A DNA stretch of 64,000 nucleotides from Paraphysomonas bandaiensis (taxonomy: Eukaryota; Protista; Chrysophyceae): contig CBFFRP010000127.1 in NCBI GenBank assembly GCA_965644295.1, positions 186,001-250,000 of the forward strand, given 5' to 3'. This document shows, in pieces, positions 11,773 to 23,543 of the stretch. The position numbers and the translations under genes are program-made. A model generated the notes under the pieces. That model did no database searches and was not told the origin of the DNA. It saw only the letters and a program-made list of their open reading frames with translations. The first letter of the stretch is position 1. Every line of letters starts with the position of its first letter.

Positions 11773-12918
11773 GCAGCCCTGGGCTATACTAATCATACGC
11801 ACTGATGATGTGGCTTTTTTAATCACTAAAAATCCCACACACCGGTCATTTTGCTTTTTCTCAATAGATGCGGTGCTCTTCCTTGTATGTCCCAAAACTC
11901 TTATGATTAAAGCATTGAATACTATATATATATGAAGCCATATTTTCTGTGGATACACGAACTGGCTGCTAAACCACATTCTCCCTACCCCAGTGATCCT
12001 TTATATAAACAGCACAGTTCTTCATTCGTAAATTATTCTGACATAGAACTCAACCAGACTTGGCGCAAGGGCTCTTCAACTTTCGTTTGATTAAGATGGT
12101 AAAGCGTAATGTACAGCATGTATACGTCAGGGCTGGGGAACTTCATATTTCCTCCTACTACATATTTTTGACGAGTGAATTCTGGAAATGCTTTGTCGTT
12201 GTTGAACTAATTATGTTTGTGTGTTTCCGAACATTTGAGAATAACATGAGCCGTGTATATGTTTATTGTAGCGTATTCTTGTAATGCACGGATATCTATG
12301 ATTTTATGAACATGGAAGTACACACAAGAATAGAACAGCATCGCAACTGAAGTGACATATGAGATGCTCATACTCACCCACTGTCTTATAGTATAGACGA
12401 TCGGGAGTGAGAAGACCTGAACTATGGCACCTACAAGAAAGACTGGCTTTTCATTGCTACTCATCACCCATCATACACTTTTACGTCCGTAGATTGAATT
12501 CGAGGACTTTAATGCCAGTCGAACCACGAAACCATGAATTTTGGACAATATAGTTTTAAAAAACGGCTATTTTGGAAGAAAAGTCGTGTAATATGAAAAA
12601 CCCTGACTATTGTATATGGCTAAGAACTCGAAGTTCTTCAAGATATACGGAAAGTTCGAATGGCATAAAGAACCATAAGGAAGAAATGAGTGTTTTCTAT
12701 TGGTTCGTTCAATTTGTACGTACTCCGGTACTGTGAGTGTATATGCATGTATCAGTGTATGGTATGAGTGTCTGTGTATGTAAAGGATTGTTCTTCTCCT
12801 TCTTCTTTAGTTCTCTGTTACACTCATAGAGAGTAAGACTTGTGCGCAGTGGCTCAAAGCATTCTTTCTTATCTTAAAACCCAGAAACAGTATAAAATTC
12901 TAAAATAACATAAAAAAC

Positions 12919-14900
12919 ATGTTGCCAGCCACTGCCCCTTATCAATCCGCCTCCCTCTATGTCGGAGATCTCCATCCTGATGCCACTGAGGTGCTTATGA
13001 TGATCTTAACCACTGTTCATGGTGTGATAAGAGTATGTTGTAGGCATTCCTCTTTGAGATCTTTAATCGTGTGGGTCCAGTGGCTTCTATTCGTGTGTGT
13101 CGAGACACTGTGAGTGGATACGTACATATAATATCCGATTGAGCTGATAGTATCGTATCACAGGTTACTCGCCGCTCACTGGGATACGCTTACGTTAATT
13201 TCCATGAATTAAAAGATGCTGAGCGTGCCCTGGACACAATGAATTTCACTGATATCAAAGGAAAGCCATGTAGAATTATGTGGTCTCAGCGTGACCCCAG
13301 CCTCCGTAGATCTGGCGTGGGCAATGTCTTCGTCAACAACCTTGCCCCTTCTGTAGACAACAAGGGTTTGTTTGACGTTTTCTCTGTCTTTGGCAATATT
13401 TTATCCTGTAAAGTTGTCTCTGATGAAAGCGGTAACTCCAAGGGTTATGGGTACGTTCATTATGAAACCGCTGAAGCTGCACAAGAGGCCATCCAGAAGG
13501 TCAATGGTGTGGTAATTGAGGATCAAGAAGTAATCGTTAGTCCCTTTCTTCGCCGACAGGATCGTTCCAGTCAGAATGACTGGACCAACTTGTACTGCAA
13601 ACATTTCCCTGAGTCATGGACCGAGGATAAGTTAAAGGAGGTGTTTTCCGAATACGGTACTATCAACAGTTGCAAGCTGGCTGTTGACGATGAGGGCAAG
13701 TCGAAGAGGTTCGGTTTTGTGGACTTCGCTGACCATGCATCAGCAGAGAAGGCTCTGTCTGAGTTGAATGGTAAGATTTTTGAGACTGGTACTATGACAG
13801 AAGGAAAGGAAGGTGAGCCTAGTGTTCCGAAGACCTTTGAGCTCTATGTGAACCGTGCCCAGAAGAGGACTGAGCGTACACGTGAATTGAAACACCGCGT
13901 GGATATTGCCAAAGCCGAACAGATCAATAAGTCCAAGGGCAGGAACCTGTACGTAAAGAATATTGATGACGCTCTCACGGACGATGAATTCCGTGAGCTC
14001 TTCACCCCATTCGGTACCATCACCAGCAGCCGTATCATGCGTGACGATGGCACCGGTTCTGGGAAGGGATTTGCTTTTGTGTGCTACTCTTCTCCTGAGG
14101 AAGCCACCCGTGCAGTTACTGAGATGAATGGCAAGATGATCCGTGCTAAACCTCTCTACGTTTGTTTTCACCAGCCCAAGGATCATCGTCGTGCCCAGCT
14201 AGCGCAGACACACGGACCTGGTGGACGAGGTATGGGGAATATGCCCCGATTTCCCATGGGACAGGCACCTTTGCCTTACATGTACATGAACTCCGGACAG
14301 CCGATTCCTCCCCGCCAGCCGTATCCAATTATGCCTGGCGGTATGATGCCTCGCGGACAGACAGCTAATAGAGGAGGACCTGGATACCCTATGCCACAGT
14401 ACAACATGGGAACGCCTGGTCAGCAGGGTGGTTACAGGAGAGGTGGTCCTGTAAATATTGGAGGACATGGACCCAGGGCTTCTGGAAGAGGGGGGGCGGG
14501 TGGTCGTAGTATGCCTCCCCAGCAGAGTGGTAGGGGCATGGGAGCTCCTGCAATGAAGTATAACACGCAGGCGCGCAATCAACCCGGTATGCAGCAACAG
14601 CAGATGGGTGGCATGCCAGCAGTGCAGCAGGAGGCCCCGGCACAGATTCCCCTTCCATCTGGTCCTCTCGATCACAGTACGCTTGCCCAAGCCGATCCCC
14701 AGACTCAGAAGAACTTGATTGGTGAGAGACTTTACACACTCATTTTCACTACCCATCCTAAGTTGGCCGGCAAAATCACTGGTATGCTTCTTGAAATGGA
14801 TAACTCTGAACTAGTGCACTTGTTGGAATCTCCTGAAGCGCTTTCGGTCAAGGTGCAGGAGGCCTTGGATGTTCTTCAAGCTCACAACCAGGGTTTGTAG
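12919..14900 (+). CDS. PABP: Cytoplasmic poly(A)-binding protein (exons 12919-12990, 13044-13109, 13164-14900)
   Basis: ASLYVGDLHPD, SLGYAYVNF, four RRMs, a Pro/Gly/Met linker and the MLLE domain (AGKITGMLLEMDNSEL). Confidence 0.97.
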
Positions 14901-15059
14901 ATAGTTTTGTGAAATTAGTTGTTGCTATCAATAAGGTACGGATGTCTTAATGCATTAATTTAGAGCTTTTGTCAACAATTGACACTATCGATTGAATACG
15001 GTAGAAGTGACAACCATTCTGTACTGTGTGTCTTCCCTATTGTTGGCGGAAATATACAT

Positions 15060-15285
15060 CCCTCCTAAATTTATCAGAGGTTCCTATTAAACTAAAAAGT
15101 GCCATTTGTTCCTGCTATGCTTTGCCGACGTTCCTATTAAATTTAAAAGGCAGCTGAGTCTAAGTTTAAAAATGGCATTCCTACTAAGCTTAAAAATTTT
15201 ATCGATTCTACTAAATTTCAATTTGGCTCAACTGCCACTTTTAGTTTAGTAGGAACAACGGAAAGGGTTTAAAAAATGACACCAT
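15060..15285. repeat. Palindromic MITE-like family B, copy 1
   Basis: Shares ccct(a/c)ctaaattta...aaaaagtgccatttgt...gacgttcc...ggctcaactgc...tttagtaggaacaa with 53311-53550 and 55178-55438; contains internal inverted repeats. Confidence 0.8.
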
Positions 15286-16281
15286 CTCTATTGGACGACT
15301 TTACCACTATATTACATAATTTTTGGGAAGGCTCAATGATGAATCAAATATCTATAGGAGTTTATTAAATACTCTAAGATATATTGTTTCTTATTCTGAA
15401 TACGAAGACCATAGTGTAGATATAAGAGTATGTGATTTCCATCTTCGAGTTTTAATTTTACTGTCGAAGGTGATTTGGAGTAGTGGCATTATTCAGTCCT
15501 TCTTATCAGGATTGTGCCGACAAGTTCATATGTTGGTGTGCCTTCTGCGGTATAGGATACAGTTGTTGAAATTCGGGAATTATTGTTTAGAGTTAATTTA
15601 GCACAGTCGCCACTCTCTAATGAAACTTAGATTTTAAACTTGTTTTCTGAATATTAATCAGGAAGCAAGTGTTTCAAATAACTATGTATACTAGATAACG
15701 TATAGTTTAATCAAGAGGTAAGTAGAGCGAGATATTGCCTCCTATTAAACTGCGGTTAATTGTAACTACAATACACCTGACATATGTTTCACTGCATGAT
15801 CTATTCTATTGAATTCGCACTACTGAGACTGATATTCAAGCAGATAAACAACAGTGTCCGTGTACCATATATATGGATATGGAGCATAGCTACCATATCT
15901 GGCTGTGGCATATCTATGAGGCAGGATATCCAAGCCATCATATCCAATCATATCCAATCATATCCAGTTATATCCATAGGATTGGCAGATATCTATTGTG
16001 ATGACTCCTCTATGCGGAAGTGCAGAATACATCTGTATACCGTACTGTACTACACCTGCATATGTAGGACTCGCGCGTACGTACATGTAGCTACCTCGTA
16101 CTGTAGATATGTACCCAGCAGTGGATGCATGTGCTGTAAGATGCGATCATGGAGCGAGGTGTGTCCAAGGTCTCGAGGTGTACTGAGAGTGTACTGCATG
16201 TCACTCCATTCTTATCAACTTGTGTCTTGTCAGTGCACTGCACCATTAATCTCTTATCGTTAGTAGTTATCAGAGTCGGAT

Positions 16282-17439
16282 ATGTCATACGCTCTTATGG
16301 GATATGACTATAGATATCATCAGCTCCATAACTATAATGGAGTTAGGAAGTACTACTTTGCTTTTGAAGAGGCTGTAGAATGGGAGTTGAAGAAGGCTGG
16401 ATTGATGTGGGTGATGGAGGGCAAACATAGAGAGCCGTTTGTTCCTGTTGCGGCATTGGAGCGAATGAAGAATGAGGAGGACCCGTTGCCCACTGATTAT
16501 GAGGTCATTGAGCTCTATCAGCAATGGCAAGCAGAATATACTGCAGAGTGCACAAAAGCGCTTTCATTATATACGTCACACTTGGGACTTATTCCAATTT
16601 CTCGTTTGGATGACATATTGAGTGATAATGATATATCGGACAGAGAAAAGTTACAGAAATGTCGTGTTGAGATGAGAACTGCATACGGAGCTACGTCGAT
16701 GCATGTTGTATTAGAAATTCTGGATGATATGAATCAGCTCCCAAATGTTGTTGATGGTTCGACCGCAATGCTAGTTATATCATCATTGTGTCTATTAAAT
16801 AAGATATTGAAGAAAATGGGCCAGTCGTTAACTGATGCTCAGTTAAAACGTAAACTGTTTGATAAGTTGAGTGGTGATATTATGATTTATATTGATAAGA
16901 ATGAAGATATGACATACGCATCTGCGTGTGATGAGATAAATAGAGTAATCTATCTACGAAATAGGAGTATTACTTGTGTAAACAGTTTTCAAGAGTGCTC
17001 CGGATCTGATTGTGTCGAGTCGGTGGGGTTGATGGGTGCTGCAAGGCATGCTCCTCTTGCCTTTGAGTTTCCTGGGGCATTAGGTGCACCTTTGAGGGGC
17101 AGTGTAAGTCCGTCAACAGATATTGGAATGCGTCGTTCAGTTCTAACTGAAACGAATACTCATGCTTTGCGGCCTGCTTTGCCTAGATGCAGAAATTGCT
17201 CTGAATTGCATGCGCTTCGGGAATGTCCAGCAACACATTGTTATAAGTGTCGGAGGTGGTGGCCTTCGAAACGAGATCCTACATTTCATAACTTTTATGA
17301 GTGTCCGGCTATTACTCGTGACCGGCAGATGCAAAGGTTGGAGACATTACCAGCTCTGAGATCCAAACGTGGGCATTGGGATGAAGGGACCGAGACTCGA
17401 GCACGTAACCGAGAGAAAAAATCAAGGGCGTCGTTATAG
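16282..17439 (+). CDS. Intact, intronless Copia-type Gag-like protein (385 aa) with two CCHC-like knuckles and no pol
   Basis: N-terminal ELKKAGLMWVMEG resembles Copia gag; helical core with LKRKLFDKL; knuckles CRNCSELHALREC and CYKC-x12-H-x4-C; basic tail. Confidence 0.65.
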   Translation: MSYALMGYDYRYHQLHNYNGVRKYYFAFEEAVEWELKKAGLMWVMEGKHREPFVPVAALERMKNEEDPLPTDYEVIELYQQWQAEYTAECTKALSLYTSHLGLIPISRLDDILSDNDISDREKLQKCRVEMRTAYGATSMHVVLEILDDMNQLPNVVDGSTAMLVISSLCLLNKILKKMGQSLTDAQLKRKLFDKLSGDIMIYIDKNEDMTYASACDEINRVIYLRNRSITCVNSFQECSGSDCVESVGLMGAARHAPLAFEFPGALGAPLRGSVSPSTDIGMRRSVLTETNTHALRPALPRCRNCSELHALRECPATHCYKCRRWWPSKRDPTFHNFYECPAITRDRQMQRLETLPALRSKRGHWDEGTETRARNREKKSRASL

Positions 17440-17798
17440 ACGAACTTATTTCAGTTTAACCTATAGTGCGCTTTGCCTTACTTTAATATAGCCGTTGTGA
17501 AGAGAATATATTGTCAGTAATATTTAATATTTACATCATTAAACATATATATGATATTATATTGGTATTAACTCACGGTAATCTAGCTACACTACTTCTA
17601 ATGGACACAACACCTTCACTCTCTACACTCCCTCACTTAAAGCAAAATTTGGTCTCACTATATATTGCAACGTATTGATATATACTGTGCATGCTTGTGT
17701 ATCTTTGAAAATATATTTTTATTATCATAAATTACTCTTCATAATCACAGAGCTCAGCTATTATTATAATATCGAACGATTTTGATAATTACCTGGAA

Positions 17799-18135
17799 TG
17801 TTAGAATTGGACATTTCATTGAAGTTAACTTTGCTTTACACGTAAACTTTGACCTTGCTCTGTTGAACACAAAGCACATTCAAGTAAGAAATTATAATTA
17901 CTATTCTGAACACTTCACTACATATTCGTGTAACATCTGATGAAACATCTGTTCTCAGCGACGTCTGTTTATCATATGTTCATCAGTCAGTTCTATACTA
18001 GTATAGTGACACATCAGTGTAACTAAATTTAATTCCTTTGTACCTATAATCACCCGTTACACCTATGAGTTGACTTCACCTATTGCACACTATTAACGCA
18101 CTTCAATTGCACAATATATATCACATCATATTGCA
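17799..18135 (-). mobile_element. Solo, internally shorter Copia LTR
   Basis: Reverse-complement match to the LTR at 33273-33970, lacking about 335 bp of its interior and about 10 bp of its 5' end. Confidence 0.85.
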
Positions 18136-18219
18136 ACGCTATTCCTGTTCATATGAAGTGAAGCATCCGGGCTGTCACCTTAAGGACTCAAAAATATTGA
18201 ACCATCTGCTTGAGTGATA

Positions 18220-18310
18220 GAGCTAAAGTGGTTACATCTTGATGCTTGCGGTGACGCACAAGCAGCTTTCGTAGCGCGAAATAGTTAAGTTAAGTACTGC
18301 CTAGTCAGTT
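18220..18310 (+). repeat. Fragment of the non-LTR family 3' tail, copy F (diverged)
   Basis: aaagtggttacatcttgatgcttgcggtgacgcacaagcagctttcgtagcg aligns to 11578-11629. Confidence 0.8.
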
Positions 18311-18742
18311 AAATTGTAATGCTACACTGCTATACTATAATACAATTGAGGAAAAGGAGTATCAAACTATTGAGTGTGAGACGATATACCCGTGGCTAAT
18401 TATAGCTATGCACTTTCTAATTTCTTTCTTTTCTCTGAATGAAAGAGTGGTTGTAATCTATGTGAAAATAGCGGCTGAAAAAGATGAAAAGAGATTAAGC
18501 CCTTCCCCAATAAAAATGCATTACAGCTGGCAATACCATTTCGACTGATCACTAGTACTTTCGTATTTCTTATTATTATGAAGATGATATGTATAAAATA
18601 TGGATAAAGGCGGCCTATATTAACATACATGTGCATATCATAACATCCTTTCAAAATGTACATTATAGAATAACAGTGAGAGTCAATTACAAACCAAAAA
18701 CATCAGAGCAGGTGAATAGGATATAACTTACTTGATATTACG

Positions 18743-21006
18743 TCACCAACCAGCTGTCTGAGGTGCATGAGCCTGATACTGCTGCTCATACTCGTGCATT
18801 TGATTCGAAGAACTGCCGTGTGAGTATTGTTGGTACTGGTTGGAGGACTGAAAATCCACACAACCCAGTGTCTGACTCGAGTAGTATTGACTTCCATATT
18901 CGTACGTATTATTCACATTGGTTGCGATGCCATTACTTGGGGGGCTGTAAACACTTTCCATTAGTTGACTGATGCCATTCATGGCTGACAACATCGCTAT
19001 GTTACTTGGTTCGCCGTCCTCTCCACGGTGCATTACTAAAAACACTTCACGATGCCCTGATAAAAAATCAGAGTCCAGCCACATTTCGCATCCTGAATTG
19101 TTCTTTAATTGTTGAAGATTGTGTTCGATGAACTGACACAAAGAGGAGGGAATGTGCATCGCATACTCAGTCCAGCAGCGAACGTTGCCGCTCCAGAGAT
19201 ACACGCCCATTCCATAGTGTCGAAGCCACTCAACTACTGGAAACGTATTAAACTGCACAGCATCCCCGTCAATACCGGGTTGGGTGGAACACTGCTGCTG
19301 CGGGTATGGCACTGCCAGTGTAGAAGAGACAGAAGGTAGGGAGGCTGCAGATGTATTGCATGTCCCACCATATGTAAATCCACAATTGCCATACAGAGAC
19401 CCAACTGACCGTTCGGGGGATGAATAACCAACACAGCCTTGTGGGGATGACCCAGGAGAAGAGGTAGATATAGGAGCAGAAACAGGGGAGTATCCAGGAT
19501 CAAGTATAGCTTTGGTGAGCTCGGACAAGTCGAACGTATCATCCTCGTCAGGCTGCACACTACTCTCTACGCATTTTGAACCTGAAGTGGCAGTGTTCAG
19601 ATCCGGAAAATCCTCCTGTTTCATATGAAATTCTTGTGAGGGAGGATGCGAAACTCCTGGTATAAATTGTGCTAAGCGGGAAAGATCTGGCACATCATAC
19701 TCCGGCAAGTTACAAGCATAGCCTGACCCGTTGCCCGTGAGATCATAGCATGCATACGACCCACGTATCTCAGACTCATGGTGAGCATAACTACAGCGGT
19801 CTCCAAACGCACAACTCTCGCCATATTTACACATAACCGTTTTGTAGTATCGGTGTGTCTCTCCTACACTAGACCCCTGATGCTGGTACAGTCCCGAGGA
19901 CCCGGTGGACTGGGAATCAGAGGACGTAGTATCCGCACCATCACTTGGGACACTCGACACTTTCCCTGGACTTCTTGACATAATTGAACTTGTTGACGGA
20001 AGTGATGAGTTATGCTTTGCTGTTTGTTGCGCAGCCCTTTTCTTAAGCTTCTTTTCAGAGACAACAACTTTCTCAGACACCTGAAGCTTCCCATTACATT
20101 GAACTGTGTCAATACCAGTAACACCCATATTCTGGAGTATACTGCCAAGCTTCTGATGTCCCAAGATAATACACGCCCTCTCCAAAGGAGTCCGACAGTT
20201 ATCACCTTTCCTCACTAGAACTTTAGAGAGTGCCGTCTGTACCTCTTTGACGAACTTCTCTGAGTGCCTGTATACAGCATATGAGTCGACACTCTACAAT
20301 ACAGACACTACAGCTACAGTATATAGATAGACGTGTACATACTCTGCGCATAGATAATGTTCAGTCCCACATCGACAGCTGATTAAGAAGACGGTTCCCA
20401 CAGTGCACCTTGATCCGATATTACGGAGACAACAGCTCTCATCTATACTCATATTACACTATCAACAAGATGAAGGGGATGTACGGGCTGTAGTGTACTA
20501 TGATCTCAACACATATAATAAACTCAATCAAACAATCGATCAATTCGCTTATATCAACACTCTCATTCTGATGAGTCGTCTGTTCATATCATATCAAGCG
20601 AACTCTACTCTATACAGCAGCATTATGAGTGTAGTTCATGTCTGCTAGCATATACTGTACCTATACTCTATACTCTGTGTGTACCTAGAGCAACAGATGT
20701 ACCGCTGTACATATATATCATGTCCGTCACATCCGATCCGGACACAATAATGCCAATTCAGCTTCTTGTCCTGTATACATACCTATACTGGTATACAGAT
20801 ATACAGAGTAGGCTGCGGTATATACAGTACCTCCTTGTAGAAATTTCGTAGGATTGTTATTGAGGACATGACCAACAGCAATACAGCAGTGTATACGTAT
20901 AGTACAGCAGTGTATACAGCACAGTTTTTGTTGCCTTCTTGCTTGCTTCTTGATGCATGAGTTGAAGAGCTCCGCTGCTGATATCTTTCTTTATTGAGCT
21001 ACCCAT
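18743..21006 (-). CDS. CCCH zinc-finger RNA-binding protein; short 5' exons inferred
   Basis: YYKTVMCKYGESCAFGDRCSYAHHESEIR CCCH finger in a long terminal exon (about 20267-18743). Candidate ATG at 21006 (MGSSIKKDISS...) with GT-AG introns; the 5' structure is uncertain. Confidence 0.75.
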
Positions 21007-23543
21007 CATACTTGTACATCCTCTTCACGATATATAATTGTATCAGGCATAGTAAGCAGTAATAACTGATCATGATAACGTTGTTTGATCTGGTTTTCAT
21101 GTAGAATTGTTCGAGTATGATGCATCGAAGTACACTGCGAAGCCGAATCACTCGCAGGCATACATACAGTTGATTGGAGTAAATTATACTACCCATTGGG
21201 AAAAATAAATGTTGTGCTGGTATGCATCGAGTGAATGTACCTCACAAGAACGACGTTAATTTAGTGTCGGAGAACGGTATAGGGGCAGGGCTGGAATCAG
21301 AGGGTTGCATGGACTCTCCACATGCGGGATGCTATTATGGAGCTGAACTACTCCACGTTATGGCTATGAAGATGGACCTCCAAGGTCAGGCTTGGTATTG
21401 GTATGGACATGATTCATAATGCCTTAGTCTGTGCAGGTATAGCCCAGATGCAAGTCTACCAGGGACTATTACCAGTGATACAGTAAAACTTTTATTCGAG
21501 ACAACTTTCTCAAGCTATACACTTTTGACCTTGGCGATGATGACCATAGGGTTAGTTGCTTTAAAAGGCACGGGGATAAAGTCTCGCCACGTGTTCGAGA
21601 ACTGCCCAGTAACGTATCGGCATCCTTTGTGTATTTTTGTGCAAATATGCCTCTAATATTGAGACAACAGTTATGTGTGTTCCAGCCGTATTTATACTGC
21701 AGTTATAAAGAGGATTTCTGATTCATTTTATTACCGAAAAAGAAGATGCTGACTGCCGATACGAATTTGTACATCTGCTTTGTATTATTCTTGTTTGTGT
21801 TTTTATTAAAGCTCCACAGAGAAGCAAACATACTAAGATTTTGCTAAAAGCGTTTCGATTGAACTAAATACTTTATGGAATCCTATGGAATAAGGTCAAA
21901 AGCGTCTTAAGGCGTTCACGAATACCAAAGGATCCAGATTATGAGTAGTGTTGGCCACTTCTTGTTGGAGTAAAATGTGGTTCACATGACATTTCCAATG
22001 ATACTTCTTACTGACACTTGATATGAGGTGAGTGTTTATTTTTAAGTGCATCTGAAAAATCGGACAAGTTTCATACCTACCATATGATACTAGCCTACTG
22101 CTGCACGGTAGTGTAATTATATTATAATGGTAATATATATCTTTGGATAGGCTCCTGCGCTAGCAAACTGTGTATGCACCTACGAGTCGTTCGCTGAATA
22201 AAAGTCAAATACTCAAAATCACAATTTAGTACATTCTTATTATAACGGTATGCGTTGACGTTATAAACATGCTAAAGTAAACCAACTATGAATTCCCTCT
22301 TCGTCGAATGACCTTTGTCATAATGTTGACGTACGTGATGACAACCAACCATTAATTTTCCTGCTGAATTCTTCGCATGTCTGTAGCATTCATACATCAC
22401 TAGACTTAACTTACCGGTGTTTCGTTTGTAACCTTCACTTATCGTTTTTTCCCACTAGTTCACAATTACCCGTATGAGTTCTAATTACCCGTTTATCAGG
22501 AACACTACTTCAGCGTCTTACAGTTTATTTAGATTTTCAGTAGCTGCTGTAATTTTCAAAGTAAAGTATTGTAATGACTTAAGGTACTGCAGTATCTTGA
22601 CGTAAGTACTTGTAGTTTATCGATAGTAGCTATCCTGTAATATGTGTAGCAATGAAATACAGAATCTACCAAAATACAACAACACGCATAGGTACAGTAT
22701 AACAAATATCTGAAAATACAGTAGCTGTTAAACATACGCCTTGTAGAAAAACTATATTAATATTGGTGATTGTTGAGTATTTACGAACAATTAAAGGCTC
22801 TTTTTCTATGGTAATTGAATTATGGCCGTTACTTGAAGACTTGAAGTATGACATGAACTAATGATATGATATTATGCATTATGTAGTAAAAGTGAAATAT
22901 ATTGACAGTTAGAGATCGTGTCTATCAAATATCTGATAATATGGATTGGTAGTTGAGAGTATATAATTGTAGCGAACAGCAATGAATGATGAATCATACA
23001 TAATACATATTGATCATAGTTATTAATTATTGAGAATCGAGTGTACGCAACGTTTAGTTAATTTAGATTTAAACAGTCCAATTCCAATTATGTCAAAAGT
23101 TGGTAGTATTGCTACAATCACACTAGTTAAATTCCATAACATTACTATCTCTCGTAATAAAGAATTCAGCGAAGCGCAGTGTCACAACTTAAATCGACTA
23201 CTTATGATAAAGTTTATCCTTTATCAGCGGTTGCTATTAAATAAAGTTAAAACTATGTTGGATATATGATATATAATTTATGCAAACTACACAATAGTGT
23301 ATACAATAGTATTAGTAATCTATCTAGTCTAACGACTAACTTTTCTTCAACGAGAATAGTTGTAAAATCGGCAAACGTCAATAACCACATCAGTGCACAT
23401 TTTGAAGATAGTGTAAATAAAATATTTATCATATCATTTATCTTATCATATGACGTGTAGCCTTAAATTTTGAACACATATATAGCCAATGTGCAACAAT
23501 AATTGAAAAAAACATTTACATGGGTGTGAGTAGTGTACTTTAT

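Noticed and set aside
13401-14756. Several minus-strand ORFs over PABP
   Set aside because: Antisense shadows of a strongly conserved gene, with no motifs.
16282-18135. Gag ORF plus the downstream LTR as one LTR element
   Set aside because: The LTR is in the opposite orientation, belongs to the family at 33273, and has no upstream partner.
20929-20951. Pyrimidine tract resembling the TGTTCTTCT motif
   Set aside because: Not an exact match, and it falls in the inferred first coding exon of the CCCH gene on the opposite strand.
21200-22200. Possible decayed MULE/SWIM transposase
   Set aside because: Only a vague CxC...KH pattern across stops, with no TIRs or TSD; too weak to call.
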